Positions 41,161 through 58,832 of a DNA stretch of 64,000 nucleotides are shown piece by piece. A program made the position numbers and the translations under genes. Every line of letters starts with the position of its first letter. Within the stretch, counting starts at the first letter, position 1. Source of the DNA: the human T2T-CHM13v2.0 reference genome, Homo sapiens; NCBI RefSeq assembly GCF_009914755.1, contig NC_060947.1. The stretch is one strand, 5' to 3'. The notes below the pieces were generated by a model. The model searched no databases. It was given only the letters and a program-made list of their open reading frames with translations, and was not told where the DNA came from.

Positions 41161-42269
41161 GGGTAAGTAACATGTGAATGTGCAAATTTTCCCCATTTTG
41201 TATATGGCTTACTTTTTGGGTGTCTCTTTAACCATTTCTCCTCTTTCTCCCCCTTACCCATTACGGCCAAAGGGAAAAATCAATAGGATTTTAGTATCCA
41301 TTTATGTTTATCAAATAACGTTGTTACCCTATCTTATTTGAAAGCAAAACAAAACAAATATCAGAAAAGTTAAATATCTCCTATTTCTGAAGGAAAGAAT
41401 TTATTGTTACATTCTTTCCCATAAGTGTATCGTTAACTTTTTCTTTGTGGACCACAATGTCCTTTCCCCAGTCCCGTAGGATTGTTTGACTTTTGCTGAA
41501 ACTTCTAGCCCAGTTGTGCGGAGTAGGTCACTGCTCTCTCTTCATTCCTACAGTGGCAGTCTGGGAGTAACCTGATGCTTTAGCTTTACTTGAGAAGGAA
41601 GAAACATCCACGTCAGTCATGGTTTAAGCTGCGTTCCCAGCCCTGGTTTTATCAAGTATGACAGCCTAATTATAAGGCTTCCTACACGAGTTAATGTAGG
41701 CAACCAAGATCTTCTTGTCCTAATGTGGGTCTCTTGTGTTGTAATGCAGTCCTTTTCTAGCATGTTCATAGAACGTGTTTATTTGAGACTAATCCTTCAA
41801 GAGACTCTGGATAATTTCACCCTCAAATTTCCTAACGTTGTCTGAGATAATCTACTTATATGACAACGCCAGGGGCCTTGGACAGCGTATGAAGGAGGAA
41901 ATCTAAAGACATCAGAAGTGTTAGTGCTTAATGCAAATATTAATCATGATAAGGTGCACAACTGGACAGGGGCATTCAGGGTTGACAAGAATTCATATGA
42001 GAAATCCCAGCTGGTGGAGGTAAGAATTTTTGTTAACTGCCAGCCCAACATGTGCCAGCAGCATAGTTCAGCTGAGGATGTCAGAAAAGAGAATAGACTG
42101 GGCTATAATTTTGTGTTTTCCCTACTATAAAGTGCAAGTTGGAGCTTAGCAGTCATTCACTTGGGCTGTTGTATGAAATTTTCTGGCATCAAAATGGAGG
42201 AGATTAAGCTAAAATGATCCTTGTGGTCCCTTAAAACTGTAAAATTGGATGCTGCGATGTTTCTTTCTC

Positions 42270-43262
42270 TAATTTTTTAAATAATAAAGTATAATTTATC
42301 TTTAACAAAATGTACAGATACTAAACGTAATGTTTGATGAGGTCTGACAAAGGTATACACCTGTGTAACCCCTCCTCAGTCAATATATAGAACATTTTCA
42401 TCACCCCATAACGTTTCTTGTGGCCATCTACCATCAATGTCCCTTCCCCATAGGTAATCACTGTTATGATTCCTATTAACATAGATTCTCGAACTTTATG
42501 TAAATGGAACTATAATAGTACAGTCATACATTGCTTAACAATGGGGATGCATTCTGAGAAATGCATCATTAGGCAATTTTGTCATTGTGTGAACATCATA
42601 GAGTGTATTTACATGGACCTACATGGTATATCCTCCTACACACCTAGACTAGATGGTATAGCCTATTGCTCCTAGGCTACAAACCTGTACAGCATGTTAC
42701 TGTACTACTATAGGCAAATGCAACACAATGGTAAGTATGTGTGCATCTAAGCATATGTAAACATTGAAAAGGTGCAGTAATAATATGGTATTATGATTTT
42801 TATGAGACCACTGTCATATATGCTGTCATTGACCAAAATGTCATTATGTGGTGCCTGAGTATATGTACTTATTTATATCTGGCTTCTTTCACTTAACATA
42901 GTGTTTGTGAGATTCATTCATGTTGTTAAATGTACCGTGGTTCTTTCTGTTTTATTGCTGAGTTGTATTCCATTGTATGGGTATACCAAAATTTGTTTAT
43001 CCATTCTCCTATTGATAGACATTTGAGTTTTGGGCTATTATGAATGAAGCAGAATAAATATTCTTGTACAAATCTTTAGGTAGACATATTTTTTTTCCTC
43101 TTGGATAAATACCTGGGAGTGGAGTTTCTGGGTCATAGGGTAGAGGGATTTAACTTTATAAGGAGCTGCAAAGTTCCTTACTGAAGTTTTCAAAAGTGAT
43201 CGTATCATTTTACATTTCCACCAGCCATGAATGAGAGTCCAGGTGTCCTACATCCTGGCCAC
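42270..43262 (-). mobile_element. Old L1M 3' fragment interrupted by Tigger
   Basis: tgagattcattcatgttgt, ttatccattctcctattgat, tacatttccaccagc. Confidence 0.8.
42521..42860. mobile_element. Tigger3/MER7-type DNA transposon
   Basis: cagtcatacattgcttaacaatggggatgcattctgagaaatgcatcattaggc start. Confidence 0.85.
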
Positions 43263-43374
43263 TCTGGTTTTCTTGTCATCACGTGCATCCATTTCCTCTG
43301 GGTGTGTTCCTAAGGAAACCAGAGAGATGACCACTGTTACTAGCAAAAGTTCACTTGAAAAGTTACCCTAAGCT

Positions 43375-44355
43375 AGACCAAATTAAAATAAAGAGTTTCT
43401 GCTCAGCAAAAGAAACTCAACAGAGTAAACAGACAACCTACAGAATGGAGAAAATATTCAAACTACACATCCAACAGAAGTCTAATATCCAGAGTCTATA
43501 AGGAACTTGAAACAATTGAGCAAGTGAAATACAAATAACCTCATTAAAAAGTGGGCAAAAGACATAAACAGACACTTTTCAAAAGAAGACATGCAAGCAG
43601 CCAACAAACATATGAAAACATGCTCTGCATCATGCATCGTCAGAGAAATACAAATCAAAACCACAATGAGATACCACCTCACACCAATCAGAATGACTGT
43701 TATTAAAAAGTCAAAAACCAACAGAATGCCTATACACTGTTGATGGGAAGGTGAATTAGTTCAGCTACTATGAAACGCAGTTTGGAAATTTCTCAAAGAA
43801 CTTACAACAGAACTACCATTCATCACAGAAACCCTATTACTGGTATATATCTAAAAGAAAACAAATTCTTTTACCCAAAAGACACATGCACTAGCATCTT
43901 CATCACAGCACTATTCACAATAGCAAAGCCATGGAATCAAGTAGGTTCCCATTAATGGTGGATTGGATAAAGAAAATGTGGCTTATATACACCATAGAAT
44001 ACTACGCAGCCATAAAAAGAATAAGGTCATGTCCTCTGCGGCAACATGGATGCAAGTGGAAACCATTATCTTAAGTGAATTAATGTAGGAACAGAAAACC
44101 AAATACCACATGTTCTCACTTATAAGCGGGAGCTAAACAATAGGTACACATGGACATAAAGATGGGAACAATAGAAACTGGGGACTAGACAGGGGAGGTG
44201 GGGAGAAGGGCGAAGGTTAAAAAACTAACTGGTGGGTATTATGCTCAGTACCTGGGTGACAGGATCATTCGTATCCCAAACCTCAGCATCACATAATATA
44301 CCCAGTAACAAACCTGCACACGTACCCCCTGAATCTCAAATAAAAGTTGAAAAAA
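43375..44355 (+). mobile_element. L1PA/L1PB-type 3' end
   Basis: ORF2 end and 3'UTR; 17-bp TSD aaaagttaccctaagct. Confidence 0.92.
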
Positions 44356-44689
44356 GTTACCCTAAGCTGATAGGATGACCAGAAAATAGCATGCATTGAT
44401 CACACTGGAGGTGACTTTTGAGTAAGGTTTAACTATTAATCATCTTAAGGTAAATTAAAGCTGCATTGTGATTTACAAATAACCATGTGGGGAAAAACAT
44501 GTGTATGCTAGTGTATCATTTCCTCTAAGTGTCTTAGAATGACCTGAAAGCTGTAGTTGCTAGTGTTTTTGCATGAAGTACTTTGGAAGTTTGTTCTGGC
44601 AATGGGCAGATAGGAAGAAAGTAGCAAATTACTTGTCCATCAATCTGAGGTACTTTTAGAAAAAGAATCCCTGGCAAACTGGTAGTCTG

Positions 44690-45348
44690 TGTTAAGGGCT
44701 GCTTGGGGCTCAGAAAAGAATTCCCCAATAAATGGTACTTTGTCATGTGGAACTACAAAAACAGCCTCAAGATCTCTCTGCTCTCTGACACCCCCCTCCC
44801 CACGCCCCCATCTCAATCCTCTGTCTCTCTCAAAGCATAAGATGAAGCTGTTCTCAGAAGTTCTGTTATCTACCTGGAAACCTGACTGCCAAAGAGGGAC
44901 ACAGTTACCCCAATCTCCTGCCTGAAATTTCATTAACCAGAGAACTTTAAACTCAAATCACAGAGGAAGAGACTGAAAATTAAACACCACACCTAAAGCC
45001 CAGATAAACTTTGTCCCAAACTATCGTCTGTTCTCAGGTTCCGTTCAATTTCCAAAGATAATTATTTACTAACCATTGTCTGAGCAATGGGTGCATTCAT
45101 TCCCCTTAATAATTATTTACTACCCCTCAAAATAGCCACATTCCTCCCGTCTCCCTTTCCCCATAAAAAAGGGCATATAAGCATCTGGACTTCACTGAGT
45201 TATTGGGTAATCATTCTCTTGCAACTGCCTCATGCTTATACACATTAATACATTTGTACGTCCTTTTCTCCTATTAATCTGTCTATTTTCAGTTCATTTT
45301 CAGTGATCCTTTAGAGTTCAGAGGAGAAGCCTTCCCTTGGCCTCCACA
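44690..45348 (+). mobile_element. ERV1-class solo LTR (MER31-like)
   Basis: ggggctcagaaaa..cccca start; ttttctcctattaatctgtct...ccttggcctccaca end. Confidence 0.6.
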
Positions 45349-46835
45349 GCTTTAGGCATAAAAAAGCAGGGTTGGACAAAATATCATGGATCTAGCATAT
45401 ATGGAAGAAAATGTTGTACAAGGTGACTCTTATATTGTGAGTGAAGAGGTATTTTGCATGGTAGATTAATAATTTGCCATTATTTATTAAATGATTATTA
45501 CATGCTAGGCACTGGACTCAGTATTTTCATATATTGATTCATTTAATCCTTGCAACAACCCTACAAAATATGCAATGTTAATTTCCCAGTATTATGGAAG
45601 AGGAAAATGAAGTTAACCCATGGACAGAACTATTACACAGTACAGCTAGGATTTGAACCCAACAGTCCATGATCAAGCTACACTTTGTTAAGAAAGTTAA
45701 GCTGAATAGTCATGTGAAAAAAAGTTTTGTGTGTATGGGTGTTATAGGGTGACCAGCAAGTCTTCAAGCACAAAAAACAATTTCATTAGGATAAAATTCT
45801 ATGGGAGAAGTGGAATGAAATATGAGATTGATGATGAGAAGAAACATAAAGTTTCTTTCTATATTTAAGAAAATGAATGATAAGTATCTAAATGGTATTT
45901 AGATTCTATTGGACACATCACATTTAAATGAATGATGTGTGTTTTATTTGTAAACATCCATATTTATACTGCACTGGTAATTCTATTCTTTATAATTACT
46001 TAAGTTTATGATGAAAATCTTGAGATGTCGACTTAAAAATGGGTAAAGAGGTTACATGGGTTTTCAAACTCCTTAAGTGATACAGCAGTTAAATTCTGAA
46101 GACTATGACTTTTGAAGGGCAGGGATCCCGACTTAGTTACATTTTAATCTTTGCACTTGGCACAGTGCCCAGAATCTACAAAGTTTTCAGTCCACATTTG
46201 GAGAATGAAGATTCAAGGAAAACGATGTATTGTGAAAGGCTATGCACAAAAGTCCCAGAGCCACAGAAAAGACTTCATGCATCATCAGTGTCAATGAGGA
46301 GAAGCTTCTAATCTTCCAGACTTATTTCCTCTGCTCAGAAAATAGAATTCTAAAATAGTTATCTCATACCAACAAGCAAATACTTTTAATAATGATGACT
46401 ATTGTGATCATGGTATTTTACAGCTTAGAAACTCTTTTGTGGACATCAGCTCATTATAGTCCTGGGTGGGGAGTGCAGCAGTTCCTTTCTTTCAGTCCTC
46501 ATTGTCTATAAACTTTCATCAGGTTGATTTTTTTTGCCTCAGACAAGCAGTTAAGTCTTGGAATGCTACATGGCTGTGCAAGGACTGACATTTACTCAAG
46601 AAGGTGAAAGCAAGGGAGGGGAGGCAAGAAGGGGACTTCTCAACCTGAGTATTCTTTAGTTCCAAGACTATTATGAGATGCCTGCAACATGGGGTCATAG
46701 ATTTCTGTCTACACAGGAGATAAGTGGACGTTCCCTGTGGTTCGTCCATCCATCCATTCAAAAAACATAAACACCCACTTTGTGCAAGATCTTGGGATAG
46801 GAGGTAAAGAGGTAAATAATGCTCACAAGGACACT

Positions 46836-47032
46836 TTCTCCTGCCTCAGCCTCCCTAGTAGCTGGGATTACAGGTGTGTGCCACCACACTTGGCTAATTA
46901 TTTTGTATTTTTAGTAGACATAGGGTTTTGCCATGTTGGCCAGGCTGGTCTCAAACTCCTGACCTCAAGTGATCCACCTGCCTCAGCCTCCCAAAGTGCT
47001 GGGATTACAGGCGTGAGCCACCACACCCGGCC
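46836..47032 (-). mobile_element. AluS fragment lacking 3' end and tail
   Basis: Starts abruptly at ttctcctgcctcagcc; head intact at 47032. Confidence 0.9.
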
Positions 47033-47116
47033 TAAAGCAAATACTTTAATGGGAAAATACTTATTTCAAAAAGCTGTCAGGCAGAATTATTGTTCCCCAT
47101 ATAAGTTAATATTTTC

Positions 47117-47883
47117 TGTAGTAGAGATGAATGCCAACCTTCCCCTCTATCCACTGAAGGTTTTCTGGAATGAACTGACAATAGACAGGCTAATAGGAGA
47201 AAAAGGCATACAAAATTTAATAATGTATGTAAGCATGGATGTCCCACAAATATGAAACTCAAAGAAGGGCCAGATTGTTGAGGCTTAAATACTCTCTTCA
47301 TAACAAAGAGGGGAAATGGGAGATGTATGTAATTTTGAGGGATAGTTAATGATTTTTAGGGGAAATGCATGAAACCAAAGAACAGACAATTGGCCTGGGA
47401 CAAAGTTCCACTGAGCTTTGGGGGAAGTGGAGATAAATTGCAGGAAGGTGAGGGACAGAACTTCGCTGTGAACAAAAATTGTCTTATTATGTAGATGAAG
47501 TCTCCCAGGTAATCTCTTAGAGCTGCCTTTGGAAGAATAGATGAAGTCTGTCTGGGTATGGTGATGACTTCTAGTCTTTTCTCTTCTCCAGTGGTTAATC
47601 TTTCCTTCTTTCTTGGTTATTTGATAAAATCCCTGGGGTGGAGGGTGGGGGGTGCAGGAAGGCCGGGGTGCTGTCCTTAAGATAATTACATTTCTTTTGG
47701 AAAAAAGTTGCCTTAGTTAGGAAATTCCAGAAAGAGTCCCTTTATGCCCTTGGAGGGGGAAAGAAACAAGGTAACCTAGATATCCTTAATTCTGAGGCAG
47801 CTTCTAAGGCCTTCCAATTTCAATTCAAAGTGCTCAGCATTCCAAAGCACCATACTTCTGAGTATTGTTCTGCATCCCAACAC
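47117..47883 (-). mobile_element. ERV1-class solo LTR (MER4-group)
   Basis: tgaactgacaatagacaggctaataggagaaaaaggcataca; gtattgttctgcatcccaaca end. Confidence 0.6.
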
Positions 47884-50489
47884 TATGAACAGAATATTCC
47901 TTCTACATAAATGGTATTAAATCTGAAATGTTAGTCCATAACTTCATGACAGATAATGAGTCATATGGATTGCTGTTTTTACCTGTTGCCCAAGTGGAAA
48001 ACAGAAAGAAGAGAGGACCTTAAAATTATTTCTGTAAAACTTGTAATCTACCTTTAAAGTGATATGCCTGAGTATGATTTTTTTTGTAAACAGGAAGGGA
48101 CAATGCTGGACTGCACATAAGCATCAGCTGCAGGGGTTGTTTATAATTCAATAGCTGTGGGGTGGGGCCCAGACAAGCTCTTTGGTGATGCTGTTACTGC
48201 TGGTATGAAAACCACATTTTGAGAGCCATTGGTTTAATCTCAAGGATATTTATGCTTCATTAGGATTCAGGAACTCCCAGGCTCAGTGGTAACATGGTTT
48301 CTTTGGCCTGATCTTTCCCCAGTCTCCAGTCTGTGATCCTTTTCCTCCTCTCTTCACTTCCCATTTCACTATGTACCCAACACTCTCATGCTCCCTTGAC
48401 CCTCCTCTATCAAACATTGCTCTCAGGAAAGGGTTTTATATAAAATATTAGCATGATGTTATAGCAATGTTTTACCCTTTACAAGGTAATTGTCATTAGA
48501 GCTTATCCCTGCTTGTGGAATGGGACATATGTCCATGTTAACTTTTTAGGGCCAATTTGTGCAAATCACCTCTATATAGGTATCCTTATTGCCCAAGATC
48601 TATTGGTCCAGGTGCAACACACATCAAGGAGTTTCTGCCATATGGTGTACACAAACACACAAACACCAAATGAAGCAAACAAACAAACAACTGTCTGTAT
48701 AATGAGGGGATGATTGTTAAGGCAACTTCCAGCCCTACTCTTCTATAATGATTTAAGCAAGTTCAGGGGCAAGGTAAACCTTTCTGAAGTGTTGGAATAG
48801 TCCTCTCTCCTACTTAGGTGCTAATGACACTTAAAAGACCCCACTGCCACCACAACCACCATCCTTTTCTTTATACCCATCAGTTGGCGAGAGAGCAAAA
48901 CAGGTATCCACATTCCCGCTACTGAGATTATGAAAATTAATCTAAACGTGAAGTTGTATCCAGAATGAAAAATTTTAAATGATACTTTTGACTTAAGAAT
49001 TGTTATTACAGTTAAACTCTGTTGCATTTAAAGCAATCACTAAGTATTAATGTAAGAAAGAAATACTTCCTTTTTATAATTTTGATGGTTGCCTTCTCTT
49101 CACCCCCCGAATTACAGGGTTTAATTTTTGGTAGATAAAGGGAGACAACCTATGATTACTTCTGGTGTGTGAAACTGAGAGAAATTCAACATTAACAATC
49201 TACCTACCAATGAGTTTGTAGCAGGTCATGTGTCTATTCATCTGGGTTAAGGTCAGGTGCAATTAATGACTGGATAGTCTAATTATTTCTTAATCTAGTT
49301 AACTTTTCAGTTGAGTGGTTGGACCTGAATTTCAATTAGAGCAGTCAGTGGAGAATAACAAATGTGTAAATGCTGTAGCCAGTGAATTTGAGAAATAAGA
49401 AGAAAAAAGCAAATGCTTTTGTCTCTAGAAAGGAGGGGCACAACTGGAAACTTTCCTGCTTTCTTTCAATGCTCTATCCCTGCCCTAAGGAGGAGCAGGG
49501 TGGAGCTTTGGTGATGTGGGGACAGGAAGGAAGGAGGGAGGCAATTTCTCCCAGGCCTAGAGATTATGTTTCAAGCAACATATTCTTATATTCCTCTACA
49601 TTTCTTCTTCATACTTTAAAAAGTAGCCCCCCCAAACCCCTTACCCACACACCTCCACTTACCATCTGACCATTATTGAAGGCTGGTACATGATGGTGAT
49701 ACAGAGTTGGCAGTCAGATAAAAGCAATGCTGGGTGCAGATTCTTGACATATTACTGGTAGCCTTAACATGCTCTGAAACTGCAAAGAAAAGGAGGATGA
49801 ACTATTTAATCAGAATGAGTTCAAGTACCTTAGAACAATAATGGAAATGATGTCAGCTACTGATTATAAGGCTTCACAATGCATTCCTTTTTTGATTAGT
49901 ACATTTTACCCCTTTGGTTCGTCAGAGTAATTCACTGAAAGATTGTGGGAGGTAGTGAAGCTTAATGCACAGCGAGTATACCAATTAGGAATGCATTCAA
50001 CTGCTGGTAACAGATCTCAGCTTACCTCCTAAATGCTAGGCAAAATATGAAGCTCTTTTCAAATATGATTTCTTATCTTCACAGCAACCTTGCAAGATAG
50101 TTTTTTTTTAAATAAGTTAATTTTTTTAGATAATGAAGCTGAAGCCCAGAGTAGTTAAGTAACTTGCTCAAGGACACAACCTTAAAATAATAGCCTCTCC
50201 TGATAGTTTCCAAATCAGTAAACATTATAGCATTACTTGAGAATATAAAATGTGTAAATCAATTCGTAAAACTCAGGATCAATTTCCATGTGGCCTGATG
50301 AAAAACACAGAGGGGCATGTTCCTAAGTGGAAAAGAGGTCCAGGGACAGGGTTATCTTTTAGTTAGGGAGTATCCACGGGTTGTACATTTTGTACTTGCT
50401 ACAAATGGATAGATACTTAGAGGTAAGCATTACTTAGAGGGAGAGGGGTTGGGTACAAAGGACGAGTGTGTTCCCTGTGGTATATACTG

Positions 50490-51620
50490 TAGGTTGTCTC
50501 AACATTCCCTTCCAACAGCCTTCACCCCTCCTTTTGCTATAAAGGCTATAATGCTGAAAACCTTATTTTCTAATGAGATACAAACGGACAGCTATTGAGG
50601 GTGGTTCTGGGAAAGGTTTTCTTTCTGAACACAAGGGGAGACTGTGTCAGCTGTCATGGTCCCTGGCCTTTTTTTGTCTTGAATGTAGACTTGACATATG
50701 AAGCTGCGCTAGCCATCTTACAGTCATGAAGACAAAAGCCAGTACACTAAAAATCATGGATCAAAAGAAGAGAAATAACTGAGTCTTTTGATCATATTAC
50801 CAACCCAAGATTGTCTGCCTTTGAATTGCTCATCATGTGAGAAAAATAAATTCCTATTTGTTCCAGCAACTGTAAGTTGAGTTTCATGTTATTTACTGTT
50901 GAATATATTCCCAATTGACATCACCTCCATGGTATAAACCTCACCCCAAACCCCATAATGTTTTGCTATAATAGCCTGATAATCCCAAGGAAAAAATAGT
51001 GTACCTGTCAGAAAAGTGATAGAGAGTAAAGCCTTGTAATGCATGAAATCAGCATTGTAAATAGTGAAACATAAGCCATGCTTGCAAATTGTGAAATGCA
51101 AGTTTATATTTTTCTACAGCAGTATAAGAATCATAAATGTATAGGAAAAGATGAAAAGAAAAGTGAAAAACAACCTGCAGATCAGACTATTGTTCAGCAT
51201 GTATTCATTCCTTCCTACTCCACCTCCCAAAAACTTCTTGGGAGGAGTATACCTACCTTCCCCATTGATGTTAGGCTTTGCCATATGATTGCTTTGGCCA
51301 ATGGGATGTGGGCAGAAGTGAGAGGGTACCAGTTCTGAGTCTAGGTCTTAAGAGATATAATGTGTTTCTGACCTATGGCATTTTTGCTAGCACCATGACA
51401 AGAGTACACCTAAGGTAAGCTGCTGGTCTAAGGAGGATGAGAGATGTGTGGAGCAAAGTTGAACTAAACCCACACATTGGAGCTAAGCCCAGCCAAGATC
51501 AGCCAAACTCTAGCTAACCCCAGGATACCACATGAGGGAGAAATACATGTTATTGTACAGCACTAGGTATTGAAGTGGCATGTTATGCAGCATTAGTATG
51601 TCAAATAGCTAACTGATACA
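50490..51620 (+). mobile_element. Two old MLT1 LTR fragments (~50490-50910, ~51180-51620)
   Basis: gccatcttacagtcatga, gctttggccaatgggatgtgggcagaagtga, gctaactgataca. Confidence 0.65.
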
Positions 51621-52212
51621 GAACCCCGACAGCATAATCTCATGGAGAGAGATACCATAATAGCAGAAGATAGTCCTGCTCAACTACACTATTCACACTA
51701 AAACACTGACCCAAATTAGCAAAATTATACTGTCCTGACTGGTTTTTAATCTCTGTAGGCTTTGAAGAGGGTTATTGATATAGGAAAGAGTCAATACAGT
51801 TTTCGACTTTGGAGAGAACTGGGAAAAGATGTAAATAGGCATAGGAGCAGGAATGGCGTCCTGATTTTACCAATAAAAACAGAGAAAATATTAAGGGGTT
51901 CTCAGCCACCATCTCAGAAGAGATTTGGGAAAAAAAAACACAGTCATGACTATAAGCGCTTAGCATGACCCTGAAACTTCATAACTTTCTCATATTTGCT
52001 ATTTTCTGCCTGTTTCTCCATATGAGTAGTAGCAAAATCTTTGAAATCAGCAGAAAAGTGTTTGTCCTAATTTTGAGGGGAAAATGAAAGAGAGGTACAA
52101 GAAAGACTGCTCCTACTCCATAGCTAGTCTTGCGGAGAATTACCAAGAGATTGTAGTAAGAGTAGAGGAAGGAAAAGCAAACTGAGGCACTGATAATTGA
52201 AGTATGAGGTAT

Positions 52213-52438
52213 TAGGCAAAAGGAAGAAATAAAGGATATACAAATTGGAAAGGAAGAAGTCAAATTGTCCTGGTTGCAGATGACGTGATCTTATAGATAG
52301 AAAAACCTAAAGACTCCACCAAAAAACTCTTACAACTGATAAACAAATTCAGTAAAGTTGAAGGACACAAAATCAGCAAAAATCAGTAGTGTTTCTATAT
52401 ACTGACAAACTAGTTGAAAAAGAAATCAAGAAAGCAAT
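52213..52438 (+). mobile_element. L1 ORF2 fragment (RT region), plus strand
   Basis: caaattggaaaggaagaagtcaaattgtc..gcagatgac (ADD motif)..gaaatcaagaaagcaat. Confidence 0.88.
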
Positions 52439-52449
52439 TTGTGTTTCAA

Positions 52450-54645
<2,196 letters not shown>

Positions 54646-55280
54646 CCTTCCCACTCTTTCCTCCCCTTTCCATAGGCAGAGGATCCTCTCTCCATGGCTA
54701 CCACCACCAGCCCACAGAGAGTTCTGTCAGGCCACTACTGATGTTCACTTAACGGCTCCTCAGTCAGCTTGTGGTGAATATGGCCCTGGGACTCACCCTT
54801 CAAGGCAGTGGGATCCTTTCTGGCCCAGGGCATGTCCAAAAATGCTGTCCAAGAGCCTAGGCCTAGATTCCAAGTGCCTTCTTGGTGCTCTACTTCACTG
54901 TGGCCAAGGTGGTACCTGAAGCCAACACATCTCAGATTCTCTCACCCAAGGCCCATGGCATACTATTTGGGTAGTACTGTTGGTTATTCATGCTCTTCAG
55001 TCAGCAGGTCATGAATACTGCCAGGACTGAGTACTTCCTTTCAAGGTAGCATGTTTCCTTTTGGTCCAGGGTATGTGTAGAAATGTTTTCCATGAGCTAG
55101 GACCTGGGATGGGGGTCTCATGAATCTGCCTGGTGCTCTATCCTATTGTGACTAAGCTGGTATCCAAGATGCAAGACAAAGTCCCCTTTAATCATCTCTC
55201 TCCTCTCCTCAAGAAGAAGAAAGAAGTCACTTTCATTGCTGCAAGCTGGAGTTGGGGGAGGGGCGTGCAAGCACTCCTGC
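54646..55280 (-). mobile_element. L1M 5'UTR-like segment
   Basis: cagtcagcttgtggtgaat...cccttcaaggcagtggg..ctggcccagggc repeated units typical of L1M 5' ends. Confidence 0.65.
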
Positions 55281-55539
55281 AGTGAAAGCAATCTGTCTTG
55301 TGTCTGCGAACCCTACGGGCTTACTTCTTCCCCCAATATCTTTGAATAGAGGCACTGAATTGCAGAACAGCAAACTTAAGCTCACATGGAGTCCAGCATT
55401 TTTTGTTTGGGCAACTGAATAAGATTTTTAGGAATTCAGATGACAGGATAACTACTTTTGTCTATGTTCTATTTCTTTGCTTTTTCTGTATGATTATGCC
55501 ACCATTCATTTTTTATGACATGGTATGTCATCCATCACT

Positions 55540-55975
55540 TTTAAAACAGTTTTTCAAGGCAACATTGACATATAATAAACTGTACATATTTAAAGTGTAC
55601 AAGGTGATAGGTTTTGACATATGTATACATCTATGAAGTCATCACCATAATTAAGATAACGAACATATCCATCACTGTCAAAAAAAATTTTTTATGCTTA
55701 CTTATAATGACTCCCTCCTGCCCCTCTCTACCCCCATTCCTAGGCAACCATTGATTTGCTCTCTGATATTACAGATTGGTTTCCATTTTCTAGAATTTGT
55801 GCCCATCAAATCATAAAGTATGCACTCTTTTTGTCTGGGCTCTTTCACTCAGCATAATTATTTTGATATTCACAGATCTTATGTGTAGCAACAGTTCATT
55901 CCTTTTTATCACTGAGTAGTATTTCATCATATGAATATACCATGATTTGCTTATCCATTAATTATTCATCATTCT
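55540..55975 (-). mobile_element. Old L1M 3' fragment
   Basis: ttgacatataataaactgtacatatttaaagtgtacaa. Confidence 0.8.
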
Positions 55976-57087
55976 TTAATGGTTTGAGAAAATTATTTTG
56001 TGGGCAAGGAAATTTTAGCAGTAAGGAAATTCTGTCCCTCAAATTTATTCTTATATGAGAGGGACAGTTTATGCACCATTTTAAGAAACATCAGTGGACA
56101 AATAATCTGGCAATTGCATGGTTATATAAACTGCAGGTATAGATGTCACACAAAATAAACTGTGATTATTTTACATTTTTAAACAAGGACTAATGTTGTA
56201 ATGACCTACGAAGATATTCTAAATGGAACCCAATTTATTAAAAAATAAAATCCAACATTTACAAAGATAAAACAAGCATTTATCCAGTAAATTAAGTGTT
56301 TATTTGCTTAATCCCATTATTTTAGGAATTAGGGATATCCCTATGCTTAGCCAATCCAAGGAAGCTTTCTGTTTCTTCCTAACAAAAGGTCTAGCTTTAT
56401 CTTTTGACCTGCTTCTGTCTTCCTTCTGTTAATATGCTATGATCCATAGTACTCTACCCTTAAGATTTTAATAAGAAAAGTAACAAAGAATGTCTCTCTG
56501 ATTAAACAAATATTGGATAGACAAATGTTTTCTTTGCTCAAAATTGATATTTGTTCTAAGTTCTATTAATTATCTATTGCTGTATTACCCCAAAACTTAG
56601 AGGCTTAAAAAATAATAAACTCTAACAAACAATATGCAATTTTAGTACATCAGGAATTCAAGAGTGGCTTGATGGGTGTTTCTGGCTTTGGGTCCCTGAT
56701 GAAGTTGTAGTCAAGAAGTCATCCAGGGCCGTAGTCATCTCATAGCTTGACAGGAGCTGGAAGATCCACATCCAACATGGATCTCATGAGGCTCTTGCCA
56801 TGTGAACCTCTCCACAGGGCTTGTGAGTGTCCTCATGATATGGCAGCTAGTTTTCCCTTAGAGCAAGTAATCTAAAAGATCAATGGTCTTATTGAAACCC
56901 TTTTGCAGAATTGTACATAATGAGAGAAATCTAACATGACTGACTCCATCTTGCTTCTAACCTCACAAGCTAAATTGTTGTTTTGCTTACTGTAGCACAG
57001 ACAAGATAATTATGAGAATTTAGTGTATAGTTAAACACTGAGGCAAGGGAAATTGACCCCCTCTTTGTCCAGAGCTTGAAGCCACAT

Positions 57088-57828
<741 letters not shown>

Positions 57829-58605
57829 AGCGTTCATAAGGCAAGGTTAAAATTACAGTAGAGCCTTAAACTTTGCTAAAGAATAGACATAGTTAAAAAA
57901 GGACCTGCCATCATTTAGCGTGTTTCCCAGAGTTATGTAACAAGGGGTTGCAAGATTTGTGATTTACTCAACTACTCCTATAGATAGCATCACTGTTGTG
58001 AAACCTAGAGAACTGATCTTTGAGATATTTTTCAGACTTAGCATTTCAATACACCAAGAGACACCACTTGGTCCTGAACTTTCACTCCTGGGAACTGACT
58101 GAGCTGCATGAAGACAATTTTAGATGCCCTTGTGATTTCATCCCCAGCCAATCAGTTGTTCCAGTTCCCCACCCCGCTGCCCACCAAAATACACTTAAAA
58201 ACCCTGCCTTTGAATTCTCAGGGAGACAAGTTTGAGAAATTTCTCCCTGTTCTCCCCACTTGGCCAGTTCCGTGATTATTAAACTCTTTCTTTGCTACAA
58301 CACCTGCTGTTCACATTGTTTTTGGTGGTGGAGGGCAGCAGTCAAGACGAACCCATCAGGTTGTGGCATTATGACCTAGCTTGAAGAAAATCATACTGTG
58401 TCAGTTCCACCATGTTCTATTGGTTACATAGGTCAGCCCTATTCAGTCGGTGGGGAGGCTTATATAAAGGCATGAATACCAGAGAGCAGGACCATTGAGT
58501 GCTATCTTGGAGGCTGGCTACCAAATTTTCTAATACACATTTTCAACACGGTCTCTCTTGGACTGCTCTGAGAATCTTTTAAAAAATGAATTGACAATTT
58601 AAACT

Positions 58606-58832
58606 AGTGGTTCTCCCCTGCCCAGCCCCTGCCCCAGAAACATTTGCCAATATCTGGGGACATTTATGGCTGTCCCAAACGAGGGGAAGGGGTGCTACTG
58701 GCACATTTGTGCATCTAGTGGGTAGAAGCTAGGAATGATGCTAAACATCCTAAAATATACAAGACATTCCCCCCAACAACAAAGAATTATGCAGCCAAAA
58801 TATCAACAGTGACAAGCCTAAGAAACCCTGCA
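58606..58832. mobile_element. MER20 DNA transposon
   Basis: catttgccaatatctggggacattt..catctagtgggtagaagc..aaagaattat. Confidence 0.8.

Noticed and set aside
46737-47255. 172-aa ORF and other Alu-overlapping ORFs
   Set aside because: Translations of antisense Alu sequence.
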